A stretch of DNA of 64,000 bases, from assembly GCF_009914755.1 (NCBI RefSeq), contig NC_060927.1. One strand, given 5' to 3'. Under the pieces are notes generated by a model that was not told where the DNA came from, did not search any database, and was given only the letters and a program-made list of their open reading frames with translations. Numbering within the stretch: position 1 is the stretch's first letter; every line of letters starts with the position of its first letter. This DNA comes from the human T2T-CHM13v2.0 reference genome, Homo sapiens. Both the position numbers and the translations under genes were made by a program. Shown in pieces: positions 30,259 to 44,592 of the stretch.

Positions 30259-30701
30259 CTTTATTCAAACACTGAAACCATTCATCATGTTATATGCAAC
30301 CACAGGAATATTACAAGTTAAGAAACAAATTAACTGACTTACAAGTCAAATAACTTTCCCACAATCAGTCAACTAGTAAGGGGCAGAGCTAAAATTTGCA
30401 TCCAGATTTTTCTGACTTCAAAACTCAGTTTCTTAGCTACTTCCAGTCTGTAAGAGCAGCTTTCTGTCTAGAATCTGTACACCCTCACCACAAGAATCTA
30501 GATAGCTGGTTTTCCTTTGGATCTGCATGGTACAGGCATCTATCTTTACACCTGGAAGAGGTTCTTTTACTTAGGATGTCTGTATTCAACAAAATATCAG
30601 TTGAGATCACGTAGGGCATTCTTGACCTTTGCAAGGATTTTGGCATTTACTCTGAGGTAAACGTGGAGGCATCTTTGTTTCTGTCACATTCTTAGTAATA
30701 G

Positions 30702-31310
<609 letters not shown>

Positions 31311-32365
31311 CCCTTTGTATTAATTCACCTTAGAACATCACCCTCTTCTTACTCTCGAAATAAGTGTCTCTTTTTCCTTTCTTCCCCGTGCAAATCTTTG
31401 GCATCAATAGTAATGGTAATAATAGTATCTCATACTCTGTAGCTCTTTATGTTTTATGAAGCATGTTAAAATCCATTAACTCATTTTGAATTTCATAGTC
31501 ATCCTGGGATGCCAAATACCATCTCCTCCAAATTATAGATAAGAAAACTACAGCTCAGAGACGTCGAATGACTTGCTGGTGGTTTCATGCCTAATCAGTG
31601 CTGTATGGCCAAACCTAGAAACTAGGCTTTTAGACACTAAATTGAGTGTTTTATATATTTCATCATGATGACATGTTTAGCAAAAGCTAGGTTAGTATCA
31701 GAGAGTCAGTAAGAGAAAGTCCTTTACTCCCTGAGAAGACATCCAGCAACTATTTCTGAGATGAGCTCTAGACCTGGGCTGATTTCCAGTGAACGGAGTC
31801 CTGCTTATTACTGGTGCTCCAGCATTGTTTGGGAGCTCCTGCCATGGGAAAATAGCAGGGTATCCTATTGACCGCCAGGGTGCCCAAGTGAACATTGCAT
31901 CCTGCATGAAAAGTGCCCTCCGGGATTGTAAAAAGTGTCAGGTCCTGTTATGGTAACTAAATGCAAGATAACCTTTCTGTGGAAAGCAAGCATATGATGG
32001 ATAAGAAATGATTTTGTAAACTATGGAATGATCTACAAATGCAAAATACCATATGCCTTGTACATCTTGCCTGCTTGAGTAAATGAATGATTTTTCTTAT
32101 GTATCTCTCTGTGAATATTGGTTTATTCGATGCTGCAGCAGTTTGCAAACTCTGTTCACTCTTGCACTGCAGCCCAGAGACACACCCTAGGGAGTTGGCA
32201 TGTGTCATACAAATAATGTGTACCTATTTGTTATAACCTAGGCTTGGGTCTTGCCTCACTATCTTTCCTACCAATACTGAGCTATTAGATTCTAATGGAT
32301 AATCTAGGAAGTGAATACATTCCTGTAAACTTTAACAAATTTTATTGAGGAACAGACATTTAAAT

Positions 32366-32367
<2 letters not shown>

Positions 32368-32407
<40 letters not shown>
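32368..32407. repeat. Perfect (AC)20 microsatellite
   Basis: 40 nt of uninterrupted AC. Confidence 0.97.
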
Positions 32408-32409
<2 letters not shown>

Positions 32410-35400
32410 CTAGGGGTTTTGTTTGTTTTAATTCAAGAAACTAACACGTTTGTGGAATGAGGAAGTCATTAATGTTTTTTGACTAACCAAGACCTAGCCA
32501 AAAATCTATTTCTCTTTCTGCCCTTAATCTCTTTCTGAAGTATCCTGCCAATTTTTAATGCTGACCGTTTCTCAATACTTTCAGTCTGTAGTAGTACTAG
32601 AGTGCTTCACTTATCACTGTGGCAAAACCTACTTGTCATTTTAGAGAACAGTAAATGTGGATTTGGAAAATGTGGGACTTTGGGTCACGTCAGAACTCTG
32701 ACTTAAATTTCAGGCACCCTTTAGTTGGAAGTGGCAAGATACAGCTTATCTGCAAATGACTGTAATTACAAAGATAGAGCTTGCCCAACAAAGGGTTTCT
32801 ATTTTAATATCATAAAAACCAAAAGGTGGAATGGTGCTCCACAAAAGACTGCCTTTTCACTTTCTAAAAATTCTTTTCTGGCTCTGTGTACTCCACTTGG
32901 TGTGAATGTCATTTATTAGCATGTGATGTCTTTGTGGAGTAGAGGATTCTGCCGCTCTCTGCTTGTCTGTCTTGCTCTGTTTCTCTGCATTTTCATCTCC
33001 TTTTCCTTGTCTCTTGGCTTTAACATTCTTTCCACCTCCATTACCCTTTATATTAGATTAGATCTAACTTTTAAATTATTTGATGTATCTTTAAATTTTG
33101 TGTTCCCTGTACCTAATTTAAAAGACATGAAAAGTTGTAAACATCTCTCTGAAAATAAACTAAATTAAGTTGCTTTATACTTGCGTGACCCTCGATTGGT
33201 TTTTTTTTTTTTTTTTCTCTTTGGGTCAGCAACTCTCAATAGAAAAGTTTCCTTATCTCTAGTGTGGAAGATTGGACTAAATGTCCAGTGACCTTCAAAC
33301 CTGCTCCAGAGAGTAGTTCTTCCTTACAAGAGTGAGTTTTCCAATGATTTGCCTCTTTCTCTCCAAAATAAAAAACAGTAACAAAGTCTTAATTCAGGGC
33401 TCTTCAGATTTTCATTCTCCCTCCTTTAAATTTCACTGAATGTGTATATAGGTCTCACTATGAAGCAAGCAATGCAGCAGGAAGAAGAGTCTCTTTTAGT
33501 TAAACTCATAATGCCTTACCTAGCTGCACACAAAGGGGGCATTTCAACAATTGCAGGGGACCTAATATCTATTAATAGTTGCCCATTCTGAAGGGTTTCA
33601 GGAAAAAGTTCACTTAGAATTACAGACAAGTCCTCAAACAAGCTAGTCAGTGGTGGACCAGACTGTTGGGGGTGGGGGAGGGAGGATTGTTTAAGGTTTT
33701 GTTTTGCAGAAAGCTTCATCAATCAATCCTATCTACATCAAATAAAGAGAGGGTAGCTAATATTGTCTACCAAGATATTAATACCTTCTATTTTAAGCTT
33801 CATATGCTCCTCGGTGACCTCATCTCAAATCTATAAGCAAACAAAGAAGTACTGCTTTAGAATATGCGAATTATTGCTTCTTTCCCAAGATGCAGTCCTT
33901 AAACAGAGGAATCTGAAAACATGTAGAAAATTGCTGACAGGAGCAGGTTAAACAGAAAAAGAGGGACACTCTCCTTCTGCTGAGGTTTCAGCACCATCTA
34001 CTGTCCAGAATATTAATCCTTCCCCACATTGCACTGTGTGTGAATGGCACTTGGTTTTTCTTTTGCATGTAATCACAATGGAAGGCATTGTCTTTGGAAT
34101 TCATTGTCCTTGCCTCAAGGTGTACATTTCCTTTCTTTTATAGTTTAAGTAAATATTCGCTTACTTTTTATCAGTAGATGCAGCCCGATGCCCAGCAGAT
34201 GCAATCACACATTCCTTTAATCAGCAAAGATCTTATTATGCCATTCTTACACATTGACTATGATGAAATTTACTGTATTTCACTGATACTAATGGGATTT
34301 TGGGGGGACTCTTTTGCTCAGTGAGTCATAAGGGAGAGTTACTTATGTGCAGTCACTGAAATAAACAGAAAACATTCTAATTATTATTTGATGAAAATGT
34401 TTCTCCGTGGGTAAAAGATATCTGTGGTTCCCATTTATGATTCTTTTTTATCTTCCATCACAGTCAAAGGCACGCCATAGAGTGATTTTAATTATACCTT
34501 GACTCGAAGATACAATGTATTTAATTTGTCATTGACAGTAGTCTTTTCCTAGTCCTTTCAGATTGTCATTTCTTTTGAATCGTAAAGAAAGCTTCAAAAA
34601 GAAAATGTGAGAGGGCAAATTTAACATATACCCCCCTTCCCTCTTCTGTTATTACTTGCTATTTTGCTTGAGGAAGTATTCTTATTCATAGTGGGAAGCT
34701 TAGGCACCTGCAGAAAATTCTTTGCATTTAGAAAGACTTCCCAGATGAGAAACCCTGCTACTGAAGCATGGCACAAATCCAGACCCCGGAGGTTTGCTTT
34801 CCCTGGTCATGGGTAAAAATAAAAACAAACAAGTTGACGGTGAATGACTTTAAGACAGATTATATCTTGCTTATTAAAAACAAAGAAACAAAAACCTCCT
34901 TATTAATCGTTGTGACCAAGTTAGAGACTTGGGAGGCAACCAAGAGCATTCGAGCATCATTAGAACCGTCTTCATAATTAAATAGGTGCTTTATGCTACA
35001 CATTTTGACCAGGCAGATCTAATAACTTTGATTACCACCTGACTGATTGTTTCCCAAGTACCTATACTTGGCCACCCTCAATTGGCTTGTGCATAGTAGT
35101 TTCCATTTGTGGCAGTCAAGCTTATTAAACAGCTCTGCTTTGCGATTTTCCCCCAGTCCTTGAAAATAGATCAGTAAGCATTCCACTCAGGGGCGATTTG
35201 TAAATTGCTTTACACAAGGCTCCAGTTTGTGCTCACGCCGACTGGGGTCAAAATTTGCCTTGTGTTTTCTTCTGATGTCATTTGTCAAGTTGCACACGTT
35301 GTTCCGAGAACCAGGTCACGATACTATGTGGCTGTGCCTCTCGGTATGAATCGATGAAAAACCTTGACTTGTGAACGTGCCCTATGCTACTTCTGTGTTT

Positions 35401-37605
35401 TCTTCTGCCACCTAAAAGGGCAGACTTCCTTGTCTTCAGCCAAAATACACTTATTGTTCTTTTTCCAATTGGTTCCTCTTCCCTTCTTCTTAAAGCAAAG
35501 TCACATTTTAATTATGTTAACAAAAAGAGAGGTAAGATAAATAGGGGTGCTATTGAGAGAACTAGCCTATGTTTTAAAACTGTAAAAATTCTCAATTCAC
35601 AGACATAATTCCTCAATGGAAAACAAATCTTAGAGAAAAGTAAATGTGTCTAAAAGAGATCAAATGTGTAAAGGATTTTCCAAAGAGCAAAATTATAAGC
35701 AAAGTAGACACTTAGGAACAAACTACATATATAGATGTCTGATATTATGTGAGTGATGATAACCTGAACAGATTTTATTTCATCAGGATATTTCGGCAGT
35801 TAAAGCTTACCCCTAAAATCAGGACTTGGAGCTGAGCTCCCTTCCAGGAACCTGGGGCAGACAAAAAAAATTCTACCCAGATTTGAGACCTTTAAAGGAC
35901 ATTTACCTGTGGCCAGAATGGGCAGCAAGGCCACCCCCCAAAAAGAGTCAGACCTGTACAGTATTGGGTGCAATGTCCTTTATTTTGCTATGCCGTGAAG
36001 TGCAAACTGCACATTTTTCACATAACCTGATACAGGCCTTTACAGCCACACAACAGGGAGAAGTGGGTGCTCACGAGGAAGAAAAAACTTCGCTTATAAG
36101 ATGAACTCCCAAACCAAAATTACAAAGACCTTGAGGAAGTCTGCCACCATAAGAGACAATCAGCAAATAGAACAAATGGCACCTTCAAAAGTAGCAATAA
36201 CGGAACCACCTGAAAAGGACTTTTAGCTAAGTATATGTAGATTTCTCAAGGATAACCTCACCAACCCCATCCATCATTTCCTACTTCCCTCCTTACCTTC
36301 CTAACAGAATGGATTTGTTTCTGAAAAGTAACTCAGGAGGAACAGAACAAACTGGAAACTGTGGTGTTTCCATTTGTTTGTTTTGATAGCTCCTTCAAAA
36401 TGTAGATCCTAATGACCCAGCGGAGAATAGTAATTATAAAATTAATGTTTCTCCCATTTAAGGATGAATTATTCTCTAAAAACTAAATATAATTTTAAGT
36501 AATGTCTTGCTCCTGACAATAGGTATTTTATGAAAGTATTAATTCAGGTTTTCTCCCTGGTGTGAAATGCAGAAACTCAATGTTTAAATTTTAGGGAACT
36601 GATACATTTTCTTTATTCATTCTTCTTTTTATAAGTAGCATAAAACTTTAATTTTTAAATGGCATATGCTCTAGAATTAGTATTCGCCATCTTTTTTATT
36701 TTATTGTTCTGTGGAGTATTCATTTTAAATATTTACATTTTAAGTACTAAAGCAATCTGAGCAACCCTCCCTTTCCTGTCTGGCACAGAAGAGTAATCAC
36801 AGTGAGTGAGGATGCAGAATGGTGAGGTAGGTTGGAGAGCTCTATGGAGACATGGCTGTGGGTGGGTATAGAGGTGGTGGGCAGAGGAGACAGCTGGCAA
36901 TGTTGGCAGATTGGTTATACTGAACAAAATGTAAGTTGATTAAGCAAATTAGGAAATGTTTTCAGGATAAGATACAGAAATACTTATAGATGTGTAGGTA
37001 TTATACATGTATACACACATAGATATTTCCCAGCTCTGTTGCTGAGAAGGCCTAGGATCAATGACCCTCAGTAACAATGAGCACATTGGGTCTCCACCTC
37101 TTAGTTCTCAAAGCCATCCTCCACTAAAAAGAACCAGAGCTCCCTGACAAAATGACTGATTCTGGGACTATTGCAGGAAAAAAAGTATAATGTGAACCTT
37201 ACTGGACCAGAAAGTAAAGAAACACTTAATGAATAATAGTAAAATGTAAAACATACGAAGAGCCCAACTTAAAAGGACTCCCAGTGGCCAAAATGGGGAC
37301 AATTTGAGCATCAGTGTAAATAATGATAGTAATGTATTACCACCTGTCAAAAGAAGCCATGAATTTATCCTAATGTAAGTAAGTATATAAATAAATGGGG
37401 GAGAGGGGAACACTCTTCCTTAGAGTAGAATGTCAGCTGATATATGTAGAAGGAAAGATAGCAATGGAGAATCACCGTTTGACAACCATCATAAAAGCCA
37501 CTAATTCAGGAAGGAGTCTTTAATGGATTCTAAGGCTGGTGGGTACAAGTTTGATGACCATCAGGTACTGGTGTAATCTTTGAATACCTCCCCACAAAGT
37601 ACTCA

Positions 37606-37913
37606 TTATTTATTTATTTATTTTAGTTTATTATTCTTTTTCAGACAGAGTCTCACTCTGTTGCCCAGGCTGGAGTGCATTGGTGCGACACTGCAACCTC
37701 CACCTCCTGAGTTCAAGCACTTCTCTTGCCTCAGCCTCCCGAGTAGCTGGGACTACAGGTGTACCACACTCAACTAGTTTTTGTATTTTTTTTAGTAAAG
37801 GCAGGATTTGACCATGTTGGCCAGGCTGGTCTGGAACTCCTGGCCTCAAGTGATCTGCCTGCCTCAGCCTCCCAAAGTGCTAGGATTACAGGCATGAGCC
37901 ATGGTAGCCAGCC
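37606..37913 (-). mobile_element. Alu (J/S-type)
   Basis: (TTTA)n tail and Alu body; TSD-like aaagtactcat/aaaatactcat. Confidence 0.9.
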
Positions 37914-37980
37914 AAAATACTCATAAGTTACAAGGGTGTAAATGGTAAGAATAAGATGGAGAAGCCAGGCAAACACCACC

Positions 37981-38080
37981 ATATATATATATGTGTATAT
38001 ATGTATATGTGTGTGTCTGTGTGTGTGTGTAGGTGTATTTGTGTGTATATGGTAGGGAGAAGGGGTGTGTGTGTGTGTAC

Positions 38081-38118
<38 letters not shown>

Positions 38119-38163
38119 GCATATATATATACATATATATATTTACACACATATATTGTATAT
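37981..38163. repeat. Compound (TA)n/(TG)n low-complexity tract
   Basis: Alternating TA, TG and CA runs; the source of the YIYI/THTH ORFs. Confidence 0.9.
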
Positions 38164-38889
38164 GGGGGAGAAGAAAATAAGCAAATACAGTAAAATATTA
38201 GCTACTGAGGAGTGTATATGAAGGTGAAAGAGTTCTTTGTACTTTTCTGGCAAACTTTCTGTAAGTTTGAAATTATTTCAAAATAAATTACTTTTTAAAA
38301 TCAAGAAAAAAGTACAAAATGTGGCCTTATAAGAAAATTCAGCAATAAACACAGATGAAGGGCCAGTGCTTGCATGGTGAGTGCTGAGTTAGCCTTCAGG
38401 CAGTTCCTTTTTAAAATTCCATATTCGACATAAGTCTGGATAAATAATAAGAAATACTTAATATAGCTTCCTGATTTATAGTACTTCAAGATTCAAGGCC
38501 TTATTTTCATCAGTCTCCCACAGGGCCACTCACAGATTGTCCATAAGTTATCTTTAACCAACTCTCATGAGTAGGAACAGAACTAGGCACCAGGGACTTA
38601 TAAAAGTGTAAGATCTAGTCCGTGACTCCCAGAAAGCTGATCAGTTACAGGGGGAGAAGCAGGGCACGTGTAAAAAAGACAAATGATTTTGCACAACAAT
38701 GCACTAGCTTAATGTCGAAGAAAGAAAAACAGTTAATTCCGATGAGCTTCATGAAAGGATAGGATCACCAGCGAACAGGGTGGCCAGGAAGGGCATGTGG
38801 GGAGGTGGCTCGGATTCATAGGCTCTTCAAGACAGTAGGCTTTTTCCAGCCTGGCTGGCCACTAGCAGAACTTGGCATCCCCTCTCTGA

Positions 38890-39700
38890 GGGCGCCCACC
38901 TCCACCTGAATACCTCCAGAAATGGAGATTCATGTTCTTCTGTGGCAGCCTATTTCCCTGTTGGAAAGGTCAAATTAGTAGAAAGTTCTTCCTTCTACAG
39001 AGCCAGAATATGCCTGTTTGTAGTTACTCTTTGCTTTCTACTTTGGGGCAATGCAAAATAACCTTAGCTTATCTTCTGCCTATAAGCCCTTCACATATTT
39101 GAGGACTGTTGTCATGTCTCTCCTAATTTACCTTTCTCGTGCCAAACACTTTCAGTTATTTTAGCTGCTATGGAATTATTAGATCTTTCACTAACCCAGG
39201 TATACTAATGTATTAATGAATCCAAAACACGTTCCTAGTAAGCTGTAGTCTGACTAATGCAAAATACAACCAGATTATTACCTCCCTAAATTGGAACATC
39301 ATGTGTTATTTATGCAACCTAAGATTTCATTCCCTTTCTTTGGCAGCTGCACAGACTCCATGAGCACTGAAATGCTTAGGTATTATCCATGTGAGCTGCC
39401 AATCCCCCAGCATGTACTTAGTAGCTGATTTTTTAAGTGTAGTTTTTTGCCTTTATCCCTATTAAAGTTTGCCTAGGTGAAAAGGTTGGTCCCACTTGAA
39501 ATCACTATGAATTTTGATTCTCATCTAATGTTTAGGGTATGCCTTTTAGATGTGTGTTTTATGCAGAATTGATACAGTTTATCTTGCACTGATTTTTATT
39601 GAAAAAATGGTGCCAACTATAGAATGTTGAAATTCATCCCTAGAGATGCTACCTCAGGATTATTGTCATCATTAATCAACACTCTTTGCTGTGGCATTTA
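38890..39700 (-). mobile_element. L3/CR1 fragment
   Basis: ctgaatacctccag..ggcagcctatttcc..tagaaagttcttcctt..cagagccagaatatgcct..gcccttcacatatttgaggactgttgtcatgtc. Confidence 0.7.
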
Positions 39701-40112
39701 AATATGATTAAAAATAATTCTCTGACCAGTCCCCTTATGTCATCTGAGGTTTGCTTGCTGTCTGCTCTTTGACCAGCTCCAGGCCTTTGAAGAATCCCAC
39801 TTTTAAATTGTCCCTATAAAAACTAATTTAAGGAAAAAAGATACAACTCTACTGAAAGGCATCATCAAAACCATTAGAGTCAAGAAATTTGTTAACAAAA
39901 GGGATGTGTCTCCTTCCACAAATGAAGATGGCTGAAACACACATTAAATACTATCCTGATAGGCACCAAGTGAATATCTTGGCACTGTAAATGAAAGATA
40001 AATTATACACTAAAATGGAAGGATTGGTAGGGTATCAGGAAAGCAACATTGAAATGGAATTCGTATCCTGTGGACCCAAAAGCACTTATTTTTGCAGATA
40101 ATAAGAACTATC

Positions 40113-40735
40113 AGCCAGGTATGGCGGCTCACGCCTGTAATCCCAGCACTTTGGGAGGCCAAGGCGGGAGGATCTCTTGAGGCCAGGAGTCTGAGACTGA
40201 CCTGAGCAGTATAGCAAGACCCTGTGTCTATAAAACAAAGAAATAAATAAAACATTAGCCAGGCACCAGTGGCTCATGCCTGTAATCCTAGCACTTTGGG
40301 AGGCTGAGGCAGGCAGATTGCCTGAACTCAGGAGCTCGAGACCAGCCGGAGCAACATGGCAAAAACCCTGCCTCTACCAAGAATTCAAAAAAAAAAAAAA
40401 AAAAAAGAATTAGTTGGGCATGGTGGTGTGCACCTTTGGTCTCAGCTACTCAGGAGGTTGAAGTGGGAGGATCGTTTGAACCTGAGATAGGGAGGTTGCA
40501 GTGAGCCAAGATTGTGCCTCTGCACTCCAACCTCAGGGACAGAATGAGACCCCATCTCAAAAATAAAATAAAAATAAAATACTAGCTGGACATGGTGTTG
40601 CATGCCTCTAGTCCTACCTTGATGGGAGGATTGCTTGAGCGCAAGAATTTGAAGTTATGGTGAGCTTTGATCATGCTGCTGCACTCCAGCTTGGGCAACA
40701 GAACAAGACCCTGTCAAAAAATACAAAATATAAAA
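40113..40735 (+). mobile_element. Nested Alus: AluJ (40113-40256 plus 40584-40735) with a full Alu (40257-40580) inserted in its A-rich linker
   Basis: Order is left monomer / complete dimer with tail / right monomer; TSD-like aaataaaacatt / aaataaaatact. Confidence 0.88.
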
Positions 40736-43700
40736 CAGCGTAGTGTTTTAAAAAATAGAATCCTTATCCAATGGACCCCAAAACACTTCATTTTAGAGAC
40801 AATAAAAGCTATAAATCAGAAAGTCTTTCCACCAGCAGTGAAAGTGAGAATGTAATAAGGCTTGGATAAGTGTTGTATTTATACATCTAATTGTGGATCT
40901 GATTATTAATTGAGTAGTTAATATTATTAAAAATAATGGTTAATAATTAACTCTTCCTCATGGTTATAATCCTTAGAACAAAGCAGTTAGTTTGCCTTTT
41001 GTCATTTATACGTTATAGAAAACACTGTAGAAAGTAAAAGAATTTTTTTTTTAACTCTAGGAGAATTAAGCACTTGGTAAATATATAGATTTTTAAGCAT
41101 CAGTCCTCTGGAGTTCAGAATTTATCATTCTACACAGTATGAACCAACCACAAGTAGGAAAGTTTAGGGATGTTGTTGGTCCTATTTATTGTTGCTATTT
41201 AATTACATCCAAATCCAGCCGTCAGTTCACATCTTCAGTTCTAATTGCCTTTGAGAGTTCTATGCACGGAACAATAGCTGAAGTGACTCTTCAGAACAGA
41301 AGTCATAAATATAGGTTCTTCCTGATCTCGATGAATTAAAACCAAAGGAGAGGAGACAGTTTGTTTTGCAGGAAGCCATCTGTTTGTTTGTATACAGGGT
41401 TTGTATTCAAATTTTAGGAAATTAATCAAGTAAAAAACATCAAAATTCACAACACAGAAAACAAGAGTACTGAACAAACATACACTTTGAGAAAACCAAG
41501 TCGCTAATGAGATTTTGAACCTCTTTAGTTTAATCTTTTCTTGTCCCTAGGAGACCTCTCTGGTATGTGTACAGTGCATGACGTTGCATTGATTCTTGCT
41601 GCTTTAAGGCTCAGAACATGAATCGGCGACAAGTGCTGAGTTAATGAATCAGCAGCTGTCAGCACAACAACTGCACCAACATAATCCTTGACTCAGGGAA
41701 CTTCTCTGGTCCTTGCTTAAAAGACAGCTAAGTTTACCAATAATAAAAATCTGTCCCAGATCCCTACATGTGCATAAAGAGGTGAACGTTTCTTTAGGAA
41801 AGAAATGTCATTCAGAAACGTGAGCCAGAATTTCAAATGGCTCTAGGCTTTGGGGTATGTGCCAACTCCTTGCTGCTAGCCCAAAAGTTGTCAGGAGATA
41901 GGAAGACAAGACAGTTTTAGGGACTGGAGCCTGGGCATTTGACTCCACACTCATAAGTCTGATGTGTAGGCTTAGAGCTAGAGCCACCATTTTAGGCATA
42001 AAATCATCACTGCTTGTTACCTGTCTAAGGCAGTAACTACCTGACACGTGCAGTGAAGCCCTCTGCAACCATCTGCACCCCATGGCAGAAATTCTCTGAA
42101 TTCCTCCTGCGTTTGAATATCTTCAGTTGACTACACATAGGAGTGTAAATTGCTGTATTATGCCCTTAGACTTATTCCTGCATGATTTGCATGTGGACAT
42201 CGTGTTTTCAGTGAAAAGAAAGGCAGAATCGCACAACAGACAATATCTTAATGACTCTTAGACATCAGTCTGCTCATTTGTTAAATAGGGATGATAATAG
42301 TACCTATTTGTTAGGAATAAATGAAATAATCCATGTAAAGTGCTTAACAGTGCTAAGGGACTCAGTTATTATGAATGTTCTTATTCCTTCAGCCTCTGTT
42401 ATATGTGTTATCCATGTAAACACAATCCATGCTTGGCGGATAAATCAAGAAATAAATGAATTAAAATGAAAATCTAAATTGCAGAATCAGTGGGCAGCTG
42501 TTTAAAGTAGAACTAGGCAACATCTTTATCAAATAAAACCCATAGAGGTATATCATTTTAGCCTGGGATCTGTTTCAGTCTTCATTTTTTCTTGAGGAAA
42601 ATGTAAATTTAAAAACGTCAAATGACATGTTAAGTCAAAATGGGGCTATTCCTTGATGTTTGCTTAGAGTAAGATTTGTACTTACCTCTTTTCCTCATTA
42701 AAAAAAAAAAAAAAAAAAAAAAACAACTTCATCACTATCTATTCCTGATGGTAAGTGAATCAATATAGCGGATTTTTATTATGTAGTCCTCAAAAGCCTC
42801 GGTCTTTCAAATCAGGGGTTTTCTATCCCATTACCTCTTTGCTGGCAGTACCTGTTGTTCACTTCTCATTTCATGGACATCACTCATTTAACAGTGACTA
42901 AAAGCACATTAATCTACTTATCATGATCTTTTCCTATTTTTAGAAAACAACAAAAGTATATCCCACTACTAGATTATAACCTATTTAGAACAGAGATTTC
43001 CCTTTTGTAACTGAGAGATTTTCTTTCTGTAGTTGGATAAAAGGATAGAAAAAATGTTTTAAATACTCTCTTTAAAGAGGAAATTTTAGCATGGGTTATC
43101 AGCAAGTAAGACTCACAAAAATTCTCCTGTCAGATATAATTACAAAATTCCCAGCGGATATTTTAATCCCAGAGGTTCCCTGAATAAATATTTATGTACC
43201 TCACAGCCTGAAATGCAATCCCGCGACTATGGGAGAGGATTAGTCAGTGTTCTTTTATTATTTGGTTTGGTTTTGGTTTGTCTTCTTTGTAATTGTTTGA
43301 TTGGCTCGGTTTGGTTTAGTATGTAGAAATTTCTGGAATATGGCCTAATTCAGAATTTTATTCTTTAGGCATGTATGCGGCCTTTACATTGAATTCAAAC
43401 TGCTTCTCACTAGTGTACTCTCTGACACCATTTATGAAATCATGTTGCAGAAAAATAAGGCACTATGGGTGTGAATGTAGTTTTGGAGTTCATAAACTGT
43501 CTCAGCTAAGCAAGCCCATTCTATTCCCAGTTTAAACTATAATGTAAAGGGTGAATTTTAAAGCGAATTGATGGTCCTTATTTTTAAAAAGTAATATACC
43601 TGTATCATTTTGTCAGTGATGTTCATTACAGCATTATTTATTATTTCTAATTATAAATATTAGAAAAATGTCTAATAAAATTTGCTAAAATGCCAACTAG

Positions 43701-44416
43701 TTTCAAAATGGTTAAAACTGTAAGCTTAAAGCAGATTATAAAATTATGTTGACAAAGGAATAAACATGCCTATACAATATTGAGGAGAAAAAGGAAAATC
43801 GTATTTGTCTCATTTTTATAATGGTGTAAAACAAAACAACTGAAAAACTGTGAACCAAAAAGACTGGGGGAAATTATACCACCATGAAAATAGATGTTTT
43901 ATCTGGGTAGGATTTGTTTTTCTATTCCTTCTTTTAATTTTCCTGAATTTCCTAAATTACCTGTGCTAAAACATTTATTACTTTTACAATAGAAAAAAAG
44001 AGCCTAACAAACTTCAAATCAACATGGATTTTTCCTGTTTGCACTCAGCTGAAATGTAGCTTTCTAGTGAAACTGGAGAGAGACGAAAACCTTTTCAAAG
44101 AGGCAATTCAGAGCAGGCTGCCAGAAAGTAAGCCCTTCCACGAGCATCTTTAGAGATCTCACCTCCATGCTCCCTGGCTGAGTTCTGTTGCTCTGAGAAG
44201 GTTCACATAATGAGTGTTTTCATCTTTTCATATTAAAAATGACCTCCTGGCCTGAGTCTGAGCTTCCCAGATGACTGAGGTTTGCTGGTCACAGCCTCAG
44301 AAAAAATAAAGCAAAATTACTTAGTATTTCATCCTGCTCTTGGAGTCTACATTGTATTTCCACACAAGCTCACAGACTTTGTTGTTGTTATTGTTTGTTT
44401 TGTTTTAACTCTCCAG

Positions 44417-44592
44417 ATCCAACAAGGGTAATGGTACCCCCTTCCAGTATGGATGTCACTGTTGGAGAGAGTATTGTTTTACCGTGCCAGGTAACGCATG
44501 ATCACTCGCTAGACATCGTGTTTACTTGGTCATTTAATGGACACCTGATAGACTTTGACAGAGATGGGGACCACTTTGAAAGAGTTGGAGGG
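44417..44592 (+). CDS. CNTN4: Contactin-4 coding exon (176 nt; first half of Ig6)
   Basis: ctctccag| ... GGG|gtaagt; (D)[58 protein letters not shown]; lies in ORF 44395..44616. Confidence 0.97.

Larger units (their letters stand above)
36790..38300 (+). mobile_element. L1MC/MD-type 3' region, interrupted by an Alu and microsatellites
   Basis: cagtaacaatgagcaca..ccactaaaaagaaccagagctccctgacaaaatgactgattctggg; terminal ttctgtaagtttgaaattatttcaaaataaa. Confidence 0.75.

Noticed and set aside
34000-35450. Repeat-poor stretch that looks like conserved non-coding sequence
   Set aside because: Conservation cannot be judged from one sequence, and nothing specific is visible beyond the RE1/CTCF-like motif reported
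37770-38221. Five overlapping ORFs rich in YI/TH/CV
   Set aside because: Products of TA/TG dinucleotide repeats that lack stop codons
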